A stretch of DNA of 64,000 bases from an uncultured Thermoleophilia bacterium. Lineage in GTDB: Bacteria > Actinomycetota > Thermoleophilia > UBA2241. Made by a program: the position numbers and the translations under genes. Of this stretch, positions 47,494-55,574 are shown one piece after another. Where the stretch lies: the NCBI GenBank assembly GCA_963702475.1, contig CAVPCT010000006.1:256001-320000 (forward strand), read 5' to 3'. How positions within the stretch are numbered: position 1 is the stretch's first letter; each line of letters begins with the position of its first letter. Below the pieces are notes generated by a model. The model did no database searches and was not told the DNA's origin. It saw only the letters and a list, made by a program, of their open reading frames with translations.

Positions 47494-48108
47494 GTGACCT
47501 CACGAGCCGGCGGCCGGCGCCCTCGGGTGGTCCTGAACGAAGGCACGCGCATCGTGCTTGCCGGCCTCGGCCTGTACGTCGTGATCGCCGTCGTGATCTG
47601 GCTGTTCCCGGCCCTGCGCTTCACGCCGGCCCGCCCCGCGTGGGCCGCGATCGCGGGCTGGGGGCTTCTCCTGGCGTCGCTCGCCGTGTGGCTCGTGGCG
47701 GCGCGAAGCATGCGCGCCGCGTACGCGGCCGGGCAGTTCCCGACGGCCGGGCTGTTCGCGTGGGTGCGACACCCCATCTACACAGCCCTCATCTTCGTGC
47801 AGTGCCCGGGCCTGATTGTCTGGCTGTGGGGCTGGCCGGCGCTGGTCCTGCCGTTCGTCGCGTACGGACTGTCCCGCTGGGCGGTGCGGCGCGAGGAATC
47901 GCGCCTGTACGATCACTTCGGGCCGTCGTACGAGGCTTACCAGCGCACCGTCCCGGCGCTCTTCCCGCGCCTGCGCCGCCGGCCGCCGCCGGGTGTCGGC
48001 GGCGAACTCGTCAATCGCAGAGTGAAGACGCGCAAGGCCGCGGCGGCCCGCTCCGCCGCCCGCCGGGGCGGCAAGGACCGCTCGGACTCGCACCTCCGCG
48101 GGCTCTGA
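47494..48108 (+). CDS. PEMT/isoprenylcysteine methyltransferase-family membrane protein
   Basis: GLFAWVRHPIY, EESRL..HFG..YEAY..VP; start uncertain. Confidence 0.85.
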   Translation: MTSRAGGRRPRVVLNEGTRIVLAGLGLYVVIAVVIWLFPALRFTPARPAWAAIAGWGLLLASLAVWLVAARSMRAAYAAGQFPTAGLFAWVRHPIYTALIFVQCPGLIVWLWGWPALVLPFVAYGLSRWAVRREESRLYDHFGPSYEAYQRTVPALFPRLRRRPPPGVGGELVNRRVKTRKAAAARSAARRGGKDRSDSHLRGL

Positions 48109-48139
48109 GGGCGCGGAAAGCCGGAGGTCGCCCCGAAGC

Positions 48140-48907
48140 TCACCCGCCGAGCGGGCGCAGGTGCGCGCTCGCGACCCGCCGCTTGCAGCGGTCGCACAGG
48201 TCGTCGCTGCCGTCGATCCCGTGGGTCTGGGAAGCCGCCATGGCCGCGGCGTGCTCGCGCGTGGTGATCGGCCTGCCGCAGTGCTCGCAGGGCAAGAGCT
48301 CGAACGTGCGCCCCCAGATCGTGCGTGTGGTGGGTGTGTCCCCCATGCCGATGCACGCGGTGGGGCAGACTTCGTGACAGGATCCGCAGCCCACGCAGTT
48401 GAGGGCCGTCTCCTGCCCGTACGGCGGGCCGATGTACTTGTGGTCGCCGCGGCCGATCGCTGCGAGCGCGCTGTAGCCCAGGGCCGCGCACACGCGCACG
48501 CAGAGCTCGCAGAGGATGCAGTCCGGGAGAGGGGCGCCGGTCAGGGGCGCGAAGCGTGGCTCCGCGGCTCCGAGTCGGGCGGCCAGCCGCTGAAGGACGG
48601 GGGCCCGTGGCGCGCGACGCAGCAGGAGCTGCACGTTCATGAGCCGGTGCTTGCGGATGGCCGGCGAGTCGGTGACCACATCGAGGCCGTCGGACGCAGG
48701 GTAGTCGCACGAGGTGGTCAGCTGCGTCCAGTCGCGGCCCGGCCGCCGGATCTCGACCAGGCAGAGCCGGCACGACGCGACGGCCGGCACCCCCTCGTTG
48801 TGGCAGAGCGCCGGCACGTCGCGCCCGGCACGGCGAGCGGCGTCGAGGACGCTCGCGTCGGCGGGCGCCGTCACCTGTTCGCCGTCGATGATGAGCGATA
48901 CGTCCAC
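48140..48907 (-). CDS. Fe-S subunit, NuoG/HydA N-terminal-like, without catalytic domain
   Basis: [2Fe-2S] LCH..SCRLC..SC; CILCELCVRVC and CVGCGSCHEVCP; C-terminal CEHC..CDRC. Confidence 0.88.
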   Translation of the reverse strand: MDVSLIIDGEQVTAPADASVLDAARRAGRDVPALCHNEGVPAVASCRLCLVEIRRPGRDWTQLTTSCDYPASDGLDVVTDSPAIRKHRLMNVQLLLRRAPRAPVLQRLAARLGAAEPRFAPLTGAPLPDCILCELCVRVCAALGYSALAAIGRGDHKYIGPPYGQETALNCVGCGSCHEVCPTACIGMGDTPTTRTIWGRTFELLPCEHCGRPITTREHAAAMAASQTHGIDGSDDLCDRCKRRVASAHLRPLGG

Positions 48908-48916
48908 GGCGCCCTC

Positions 48917-50770
48917 CTACCGCACCAGCACGGCGTCGTACTTGCACACGTCTTTGCAGATGCCGCACTTGATGCAGAGCTCCTGGTCGATCGCGTGCGG
49001 CTGCTTCTTCTGGCCGGTGATCGCTTCCTGCGGGCAGCGGCGTGCGCACAGCATGCAGCCGGTGCACGACTCCGCGTCGATACTGAATGCGATGAGCGCC
49101 TTGCACACACCCGCGGGGCAGCGCTTCTCGTCCACGTGCGCGAGGTACTCGTCGCGGAAGTAGTGCAGCGTCGACAGCACCGGATTGACGGCGCTCGTGC
49201 CCAGGGCGCACAGCGAGGTGGCCTCCACCGTGTCTGCGAGCTCCTCTACCAGGGCGAGCGTCTCGCGCGTGCCGCGGCCTTCGGCGATCTCGCCAAGCAG
49301 CTCGTGCAGGCACTCGAGACCGTCGCGGCACGAGGTACAGTTGCCGCACGACTCCGAGGCCAGGAAGCGGAGGAAGTACCTGGCGACGTCCACCATGCAC
49401 GTGTCTTCGTCCATGACGATCATGCCGCCCGACCCCATCATGGAGCCCTCGGCCACGAGCGTGTCGAAGTCCACGGGCACGTCCAGCTTCTCCGCAGGCA
49501 GGCAGCCTCCGGACGGCCCGCCGGTCTGGACTGCCTTGAACGCCTTTCCCCCCGGGATGCCGCCGCCGGCGTCGAAGATGATCTCGCGCAGGCTCATGCC
49601 CATCGGGACCTCGACCAGGCCGGTGTTGTTCACCTTGCCGACCAGGGAGAAGATCTTCGTCCCCGGAGAGCCGTCTGTGCCGATCGCACGAAACCACCCG
49701 GCGCCGTTGAGCACGATGTGCGGCACGTTGGCCCAGGTCTCCACGTTGTTGACGTTGGTCGGCCGACCCCACAGCCCGTGTTCTGAGAGATGGATGAGCC
49801 GCCGGTGCGGCACGCCGCGGCGGCCCTCCAGCGACGCCATCATGGCGCTCGCCTCGCCGCACACGAACGCGCCGCCGCCGCGGCTCACGCGCACGTTGAG
49901 GCACAGACCGCTCCCGAGGATGTCGTCGCCGAGCAGGCCGAGCTCGCGCGCCTGACCGATGGCCACGTCGAGGTGCTCCACGGCCAGTGGGTACTCCTGA
50001 CGCACGTACACCACACCCTCTCGGGCCCCGATGGCGAAGGCCCCGATGGTCATGCCCTCGAGCACGCTGTGAGGGTTCCCCTCGAGGATCGAGCGATCCA
50101 TGAAGGCGCCCGGATCGCCCTCGTCGGCGTTGCACACCACGTACTTGAGGTCTCCCTCCGCCCTGCGGCAGGCCTCCCACTTGCGACCGGCGGGGAAGCC
50201 CGCTCCGCCCCTGCCCCGCAAGCCCGAGCGCTTGACCTCGTCCAGGACGGCCTCCGGGCCCAACTCCAATGCCTTGGCGAGCGCCGAATAGCCGCCGACG
50301 GCGATGTAGTCGTCGATCGAGGTGGGGTCGCGCCGGCCGGCGTCGCGCAAGAGGAGCCGCTCCTGGTAGCGGTAGAAGGGGATCTGGTCCTCGCGGGTGT
50401 GTCGCAGGCCGGTCGCCGGGTCCTCGTACAGCAGACGCTCGAGCACTTCGCCGTTCAGCAGGGCCTTCTCGACGAGCTCGGGCACGTCCTCCACGCGCAC
50501 GCGCTGGTAGAGGATACCCTTGGGGTAGAGGAGCACGAGCGGCCCGCGCTCACAGAACCCGTGGCAGCCGGTCGCCCGCATCGTGACCAGGCAGTCCGAG
50601 CCGAGTGCCTCGAGTTCGTCGCACAGGGCCCGGAACACCTTCATGGCGCCTTGCGCCCGGCAGCCCGTCCCGCCGCAGACGGCGACGACCGTAGCGGCGG
50701 CGTCCCGGCCCGCGACCAGCGCGTCGCGGTGGCTGCCCAGAGAGCCGGGGTCGGCGAACCGCGCGCTCAC
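48917..50770 (-). CDS. HydB/NuoF-like FMN/NAD-binding subunit (long form)
   Basis: N-terminal CGGTGC..GCHGFC; LRGRGGAGFP; CNADEGDPGAFMDR; GGPSGG; ESCGNCTSC; C-terminal 2x[4Fe-4S]. Confidence 0.93.
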   Translation of the reverse strand: MSARFADPGSLGSHRDALVAGRDAAATVVAVCGGTGCRAQGAMKVFRALCDELEALGSDCLVTMRATGCHGFCERGPLVLLYPKGILYQRVRVEDVPELVEKALLNGEVLERLLYEDPATGLRHTREDQIPFYRYQERLLLRDAGRRDPTSIDDYIAVGGYSALAKALELGPEAVLDEVKRSGLRGRGGAGFPAGRKWEACRRAEGDLKYVVCNADEGDPGAFMDRSILEGNPHSVLEGMTIGAFAIGAREGVVYVRQEYPLAVEHLDVAIGQARELGLLGDDILGSGLCLNVRVSRGGGAFVCGEASAMMASLEGRRGVPHRRLIHLSEHGLWGRPTNVNNVETWANVPHIVLNGAGWFRAIGTDGSPGTKIFSLVGKVNNTGLVEVPMGMSLREIIFDAGGGIPGGKAFKAVQTGGPSGGCLPAEKLDVPVDFDTLVAEGSMMGSGGMIVMDEDTCMVDVARYFLRFLASESCGNCTSCRDGLECLHELLGEIAEGRGTRETLALVEELADTVEATSLCALGTSAVNPVLSTLHYFRDEYLAHVDEKRCPAGVCKALIAFSIDAESCTGCMLCARRCPQEAITGQKKQPHAIDQELCIKCGICKDVCKYDAVLVR

Positions 50771-51282
50771 GACGGCTCCTCGGCAGCCAGGAGCTCGCCG
50801 ACCAGCCGGGAGAGACGCTCACTGGTCATGTGGCCGTGGTAGTCGTCGTCGAGGAGGACGAGCGGGCCGAGGGCGCAGGCGCCCACGCAGCTCACCTCCT
50901 CGACGGTCAGCGATGAGTCGGGTGCGGTGCCGCCGGCCGCCACACCGGTGTCGCGCTCCAGCTGCTCTAGCAGCCGCGGCGCACCTCGCACGTGGCAGGC
51001 GGTGCCCATGCAGACGGTACAGGTGTGCCTGCCGCGGGGCTCGGTGCGGAAGCCGTGGTAGAAGGTCGCCACCCCGTAGACCTGTGTCTCCGACAGCACG
51101 ACGTGGGACGCCGTCTCACGCATGGCCGCCTCCGGCAGGTAGCTGAACTCGGCCTGCAGGTCGTGCAGGATGTTCACGAGGTCGCCCGGGTCACGCCGGG
51201 GGTAGCGGGCAAGGACCGACGCGATCCGGCTCTGGTCGGTCGCCGCGTCGCTCACCGTCTCGTCCTTCCGGCGGTCCATCAT
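50767..51282 (-). CDS. HydC/NuoE-like [2Fe-2S] subunit
   Basis: VYGVATFY, VCMGTACHVRG, CVGACALGP. Confidence 0.93.
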   Translation of the reverse strand: MMDRRKDETVSDAATDQSRIASVLARYPRRDPGDLVNILHDLQAEFSYLPEAAMRETASHVVLSETQVYGVATFYHGFRTEPRGRHTCTVCMGTACHVRGAPRLLEQLERDTGVAAGGTAPDSSLTVEEVSCVGACALGPLVLLDDDYHGHMTSERLSRLVGELLAAEEPS

Positions 51283-51291
51283 GCCGTCCTC

Positions 51292-51564
51292 TCAGCCGCC
51301 GGCGATCATCGGGAAGACGGAGATCTCGTCGTCGTCCCCGAGCGGCGTGTCCAGCCCCTGCAGGTGCCGCACGTTGCGGCCGTTGACGAGGATGATGATC
51401 TCGGCGTGCAGAGCCTCCCCGTCGAACACGGTGCGCCGGAACAGCCGGCCGTAGCGCTCCGCGAGCTGCGTGAGCAGCTCGCGGAGATCGCTCGGTCGGC
51501 CGTCGATCCGGCGCTCCTGCTCCCTCGTGAGGGAGCGGATGGTGGCGAAGTACTTGACCGTCAT
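51292..51564 (-). CDS. MoaD/ThiS-family sulfur carrier
   Basis: VKYFATIR, ILVNGRN, C-terminal FPMIAGG; ATGA overlap with the aor stop. Confidence 0.92.
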   Translation of the reverse strand: MTVKYFATIRSLTREQERRIDGRPSDLRELLTQLAERYGRLFRRTVFDGEALHAEIIILVNGRNVRHLQGLDTPLGDDDEISVFPMIAGG

Positions 51565-53369
51565 GCCTTGAGCGAGAGCTCCTTCAGCTTCGCCTTGCTC
51601 GGCACGCCGTCCTCGTCCCAGCCCCGCTTCGCGTAGTAGTCGGGCACCATGTGGCCGAGCTTGCTCACGTGGCCCTTGGATGCGCCGCTCTTGATGGGCT
51701 CTTCGAGCAGCCGCCTGGGCAGCGTGTCGTCGTCCTTGGTGAACCCGGCGGCGATGTTCCAGAGCTTCTCCTGGTTCCAGATCCGATCGCCGATGAGCAG
51801 GAACTCCTGGAGCGTGTAGTCCTCGCCGGTGAGCGCGGACAGCATCTCCGTGAGCTCCTCGCCACCGATGCCGAAGGTCGAGAACAGGCACGCGCCGGTC
51901 GCGTCGAGCGCGGCCGTGAGGTTCTGGAAGGCGATGCCGAGGCCAGCCTTCTCGTCGGGGCTGTGCGGGTCTGAGCTGCCGCCGCTCTGCAGGATCTCGT
52001 GCGAGATGGTGTAGCCGCGCACGTGGCAGCCGCCGCGGTTGCTGGTCGCGTAGTTGAGGCCGATGCCCTGGATGGCGCGGGCGTCGTAGGCCGGCATCTC
52101 CTGCTTCTTGGCCGTCATGGAGTACTCGGGGTGGCCGTAGCCGTCCGCCAGGCGGTGGGAGCCCTGGGCGATCTTGGCGCCGAAGCCCTCGCCCTCGCCC
52201 GCCTTGCGCGTCATCTCGACGATCGCGGCGGCGTTGCCGAAGCTCAGGTCCACGCCGTCGGTGTCGGCGGTCGTGATGATGCCGCGCTGGAACAGCTCCA
52301 TCGCGCAGGCGATCGTGGAGCCCGTGGAGATGGTGTCCATGCCGTACTCGTTGCACAGGTAGTTGGCCTTGGTGATGGCGTCCAGGTCGTCGACGCCGCA
52401 GTCGGCGCCGTAGGCCCAGGCGGTCTCGTACTCGGGGCCTTCGCCGATGCCCTCGTAGCCGGGGGCGTCGACCTTGGTGACGCGGCCGCAGGAGATGATG
52501 CAGCTGAAGCAGCCCTTCTTGCGGATCAGCTGCTTGGCGGCCAGGGACTCGCCGCCGGTCTTGTCGGCCGTCGGGAAGTACGCGTCCTGCCAGTTGCGAG
52601 TGGGCAGGCCGCCGGACTGGTTGAGGATGTTGACGAGCACGTCCGTTCCGTAGGCCGGCAGGCCGGTGCCGCCGACGGGGTGGTCGAAGATCAGCTGGCG
52701 CGCCTTGAGCACGGCCGCCTTGAAGCCCTCGGGGTCGGCCACCTGGACGGCGCCGGTGCCGAGTACGGCGACCGCCTTGAGGTTCTTGGAGCCCATCACC
52801 GCGCCGACGCCGGTGCGTCCCGCGGCGCGGTGCATGTCGTTCATGATGTTGGCGACCAGCGCCAGGTGTTCGCCGGCCGGGCCGATGCAGGCGACCTTGG
52901 CGTCGTCGTCGGTCTCGGCCCTGACCAGGTCGGTGGTGTCGGGCACGGTGTGGCCCCAAAGGGCCGCCGCGTCGCGGATCTCGACCTGGTCGTCCTTGAT
53001 CCACAGGTACACGGGCTTGGCGGCCTTACCCTCGATGATGACGGCGTCGTAGCCGGCGTACTTGACCTCCGGGCCGAAGTTGCCGCCCGAGTTGGAGGCG
53101 GCCAGCGAGTCGTTGAGGGCGCCCTTGGTGACGACGTTGTAGCGCCCGGCGGACGGCGCGAAGGTGCCGGTCAGCGGCCCGGTCGCGAAGACGAGCTTGT
53201 TCTTGGGCCCGAGGGCGTCCGCCTTGGGGTCGACCTCGGCGCGGATGATGGCGCCGCCCAGGCCGCGCGCGCCGATGAAGTCACGGGCGAGCTTGCGGTC
53301 GAGGGCCTCGCGGGTGACGCTGCCGCTGGTGAGGTCGATGCGGAGGATCGTTCCGGTCCAGCCGTACAT
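51561..53369 (-). CDS. aor: Aldehyde:ferredoxin oxidoreductase family (tungstopterin) large subunit
   Basis: MYGWTGTILRIDL, GPLTG, IGPAGE, RAAGRTGVGAVMGSKNLKA, CFSCIISC, GPEYET, NRGGCH, YYAKRGWD. Confidence 0.95.
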   Translation of the reverse strand: MYGWTGTILRIDLTSGSVTREALDRKLARDFIGARGLGGAIIRAEVDPKADALGPKNKLVFATGPLTGTFAPSAGRYNVVTKGALNDSLAASNSGGNFGPEVKYAGYDAVIIEGKAAKPVYLWIKDDQVEIRDAAALWGHTVPDTTDLVRAETDDDAKVACIGPAGEHLALVANIMNDMHRAAGRTGVGAVMGSKNLKAVAVLGTGAVQVADPEGFKAAVLKARQLIFDHPVGGTGLPAYGTDVLVNILNQSGGLPTRNWQDAYFPTADKTGGESLAAKQLIRKKGCFSCIISCGRVTKVDAPGYEGIGEGPEYETAWAYGADCGVDDLDAITKANYLCNEYGMDTISTGSTIACAMELFQRGIITTADTDGVDLSFGNAAAIVEMTRKAGEGEGFGAKIAQGSHRLADGYGHPEYSMTAKKQEMPAYDARAIQGIGLNYATSNRGGCHVRGYTISHEILQSGGSSDPHSPDEKAGLGIAFQNLTAALDATGACLFSTFGIGGEELTEMLSALTGEDYTLQEFLLIGDRIWNQEKLWNIAAGFTKDDDTLPRRLLEEPIKSGASKGHVSKLGHMVPDYYAKRGWDEDGVPSKAKLKELSLKA

Positions 53370-53370
53370 C

Positions 53371-53853
53371 TCAGCTCACCTCCTGGAAGGCATCCTTGAA
53401 CTTCGCCGCGTAGGCCTTCTTGCGGGCCTTCACCTGGGCGTCGTCGTCCAGGTACTCCAGGGCCTTGGTGGGGCAGAAGGCGACGCACTCGGGCGCGCCC
53501 TGGCAGTTGTCGCACTTGAAGATGCTGCTGGAGGCCGCGTCGTAGCGGGCGTTGCCGAACGGGCAGGCGATCACGCACATCTTGCAGCGGATGCACTTGG
53601 CCTCGTCGTAGTCGATGAGGCCGGCGATCGTGTAGCTGGGGTGCATGGCTCCGGTGGGGCAGACGGTGACGCAGGCTGCGTCGTCGCACTGCTGGCACAT
53701 CATCGGCACCGAGATGCCCTCGCGCTCCCAGGTGAACGCCTGGACGCGCGAGGCTCCCGGACGGAACCTGCCCTCGTGCTCGAACGAGCACGCGAGCTCG
53801 CAGTTGCGGCACCCGGTGCACTTGTCCGGGTGGATCATCAGGACCTTGGCCAT
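53371..53853 (-). CDS. 4x[4Fe-4S] DmsB-like small subunit of AOR
   Basis: CTGCRNCELAC, CQQCDDAACVTVCP, CIRCKMCVIACP, KCDNC..CVAFCP; AGGAGG RBS. Confidence 0.93.
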   Translation of the reverse strand: MAKVLMIHPDKCTGCRNCELACSFEHEGRFRPGASRVQAFTWEREGISVPMMCQQCDDAACVTVCPTGAMHPSYTIAGLIDYDEAKCIRCKMCVIACPFGNARYDAASSSIFKCDNCQGAPECVAFCPTKALEYLDDDAQVKARKKAYAAKFKDAFQEVS

Positions 53854-53947
53854 GGCATCCTCCTGCTGGGAGCACTGTTGCCGCCGGCGCGGCCGGCCGG
53901 GAGCGCGCCGCTCTGCGTGTGCGGCGGACCGTCGATCCAGAGGATGC

Positions 53948-54014
53948 TGCACACGCCCCTGGGCGGCGAGTCGACGGGCGACCACTCTTGGCCGTGGCGG
54001 ATTGGGCGTGTGCA
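53948..54014. promoter_or_regulatory. Inverted repeat pair upstream of the AOR operon (candidate regulator site)
   Basis: TGCACACGCCC (53948-53958) and GGGCGTGTGCA (54004-54014), 45 nt apart. Confidence 0.5.
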
Positions 54015-54089
54015 CAGGCGCCGCTCTCGCGGGCTGCCGCGAGGGGCGGCCTCGCCCGACGCGTGCCGAGGCCGCACCGGGGGGTGCGG

Positions 54090-55574
54090 CTAGCTGGAAG
54101 GCTCGCCGAGCAGCTCGGCCGCGTGCAGACCGAGGCGCACGTCGACGACCGCGTCCAGGTCGCCGAGGTCGACACCGAGCAGCTGCTCGACGTGGGCGAG
54201 GCGTTTCTGCAGCGTGTTGCGGTGGATGTGGAGCGCGTCGGCCGTCTCCTGGACGGCGAGCCGGCGCTCGAAGTAGGTACGCAAGGTCGCGTACAGGCTG
54301 GCGCGGTGCTGCGCGTCGTAGTCCAGGACCGGGCCGAAGGTCCGCGCGACGATGCCGGTCAGCTCCTGCTCGTCGAGCGCGTCGAGGAGGCGGAAGTGGC
54401 CGCTCAACTCCTCGAAGACGCCGCCTTCGCCGGGGTTGTGCGCGAGGCGCGCGGCGATGCAGGCTGCCTTGGCCTGCTGCAGCCCGCGGGCGGCGCCGAT
54501 GACCCCACCGAGCGGCGCCGAGCAGCCTGCAACGACGCCGCCGTCGCTGACCGGCGCGGCGGCATCGCGTAGACCGGCGAGCAGGCCTCGCGCCGTGCCG
54601 GGCCCGGCGTCGGGCACGGCGGTGAGGATGACCGCCCTGTGGTCCACCGACGCCGTCAGATAGGGGACGCGGCGCGCGCTCAGCGCAGCGTCCAGCGCGT
54701 GCAGCAGGTCAGCCTCGCGACCGGCGGCCTTGTCCGTCCGCATGGTCCTGGCTGCCGGGTCGAGCGGCTCGACGACGGCCAGACGGAGCACGGCATCGTC
54801 GGCGAAGCCTTGGGCCTGCAGCCGCACCCGCAGCTCGTCGGGCGTGCCGTCGCCGTTGAGCACGTCGTGGAGCAGTCCGCGGCGCAACCTGCGCCGCATG
54901 CGCAGCTCGTCCTTGCCGCGCAGCAGGTCCAGGGCCACGAGCTGCTGCATGAAGACGAGCGAGGCGCCGGCGAACTCCGACGGCCGGTGCCGGCCGATCC
55001 TGGCCGCGAGGACCCGCTCGACCCTGCCCATCACGAGCACGTCGCGGAAGGACACGCGCTCGCCGGTGCTCGTGATGGATGCCGCGTCGGCCTGGCGGTC
55101 CCGCTCCTCGTAGGCGGCCCACAGGCTCCGCTCGAGTTCCGGTGCGGCGCCGGCGCTGCGCGAGGCGCACACCACGTGGCCCTGCGGGTCGAAGAGGACG
55201 AGGGGGACGTCGAGGATCGAGGCGACCCGCTCGACCAGTTCGGCCACGTCCTTCTGCTGGACGACGAGCTCGAGAAGCTGGATCTGCAGCGCGGCGGTGC
55301 GCCGCAGCGTCTGCATGTCGCCGGCGGCCGTAGCCGGCCCCCCATCCTCGTCGTGCTCCTGACGCCTGAGCGCCTCCTCGAGTTCCTCGGTGTGCAGGCG
55401 CACCTGGTCCTGCAGCATGATCGTCGTCTGAAAGAGGCCGAAGTCCGAGCCCTGGACCTTCGTCCCGGCCTCCGCACGGTCCATGAGTGCGTCGACCACC
55501 TTGTTGAGCCGCACGATCTCGGCCTTCAGGGCTTGAACGTCGTCGCCGGGGGCGTTGTGCGAGAGGTCAGTCAT
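54090..55574 (-). CDS. PucR/CdaR-family regulator with N-terminal FIST-partner coiled coil
   Basis: C-terminal LYATLRTYF..TADALHIHRNTLQKRL HTH; N-terminal LKAEIVRLNKVVDALMDRAE..FGLFQTTIMLQDQVR. Confidence 0.88.
   Translation of the reverse strand: MTDLSHNAPGDDVQALKAEIVRLNKVVDALMDRAEAGTKVQGSDFGLFQTTIMLQDQVRLHTEELEEALRRQEHDEDGGPATAAGDMQTLRRTAALQIQLLELVVQQKDVAELVERVASILDVPLVLFDPQGHVVCASRSAGAAPELERSLWAAYEERDRQADAASITSTGERVSFRDVLVMGRVERVLAARIGRHRPSEFAGASLVFMQQLVALDLLRGKDELRMRRRLRRGLLHDVLNGDGTPDELRVRLQAQGFADDAVLRLAVVEPLDPAARTMRTDKAAGREADLLHALDAALSARRVPYLTASVDHRAVILTAVPDAGPGTARGLLAGLRDAAAPVSDGGVVAGCSAPLGGVIGAARGLQQAKAACIAARLAHNPGEGGVFEELSGHFRLLDALDEQELTGIVARTFGPVLDYDAQHRASLYATLRTYFERRLAVQETADALHIHRNTLQKRLAHVEQLLGVDLGDLDAVVDVRLGLHAAELLGEPSS

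Noticed and set aside
48140-51282. Respiratory complex I nuoEFG or an [FeFe]-hydrogenase
   Set aside because: No other nuo genes are adjacent, and the G/A-like subunit is only 255 aa with no H-cluster motifs
51292-53004. 570-aa ORF overlapping aor
   Set aside because: Off-frame read-through; the real gene is the 90-aa MoaD at 51292-51564
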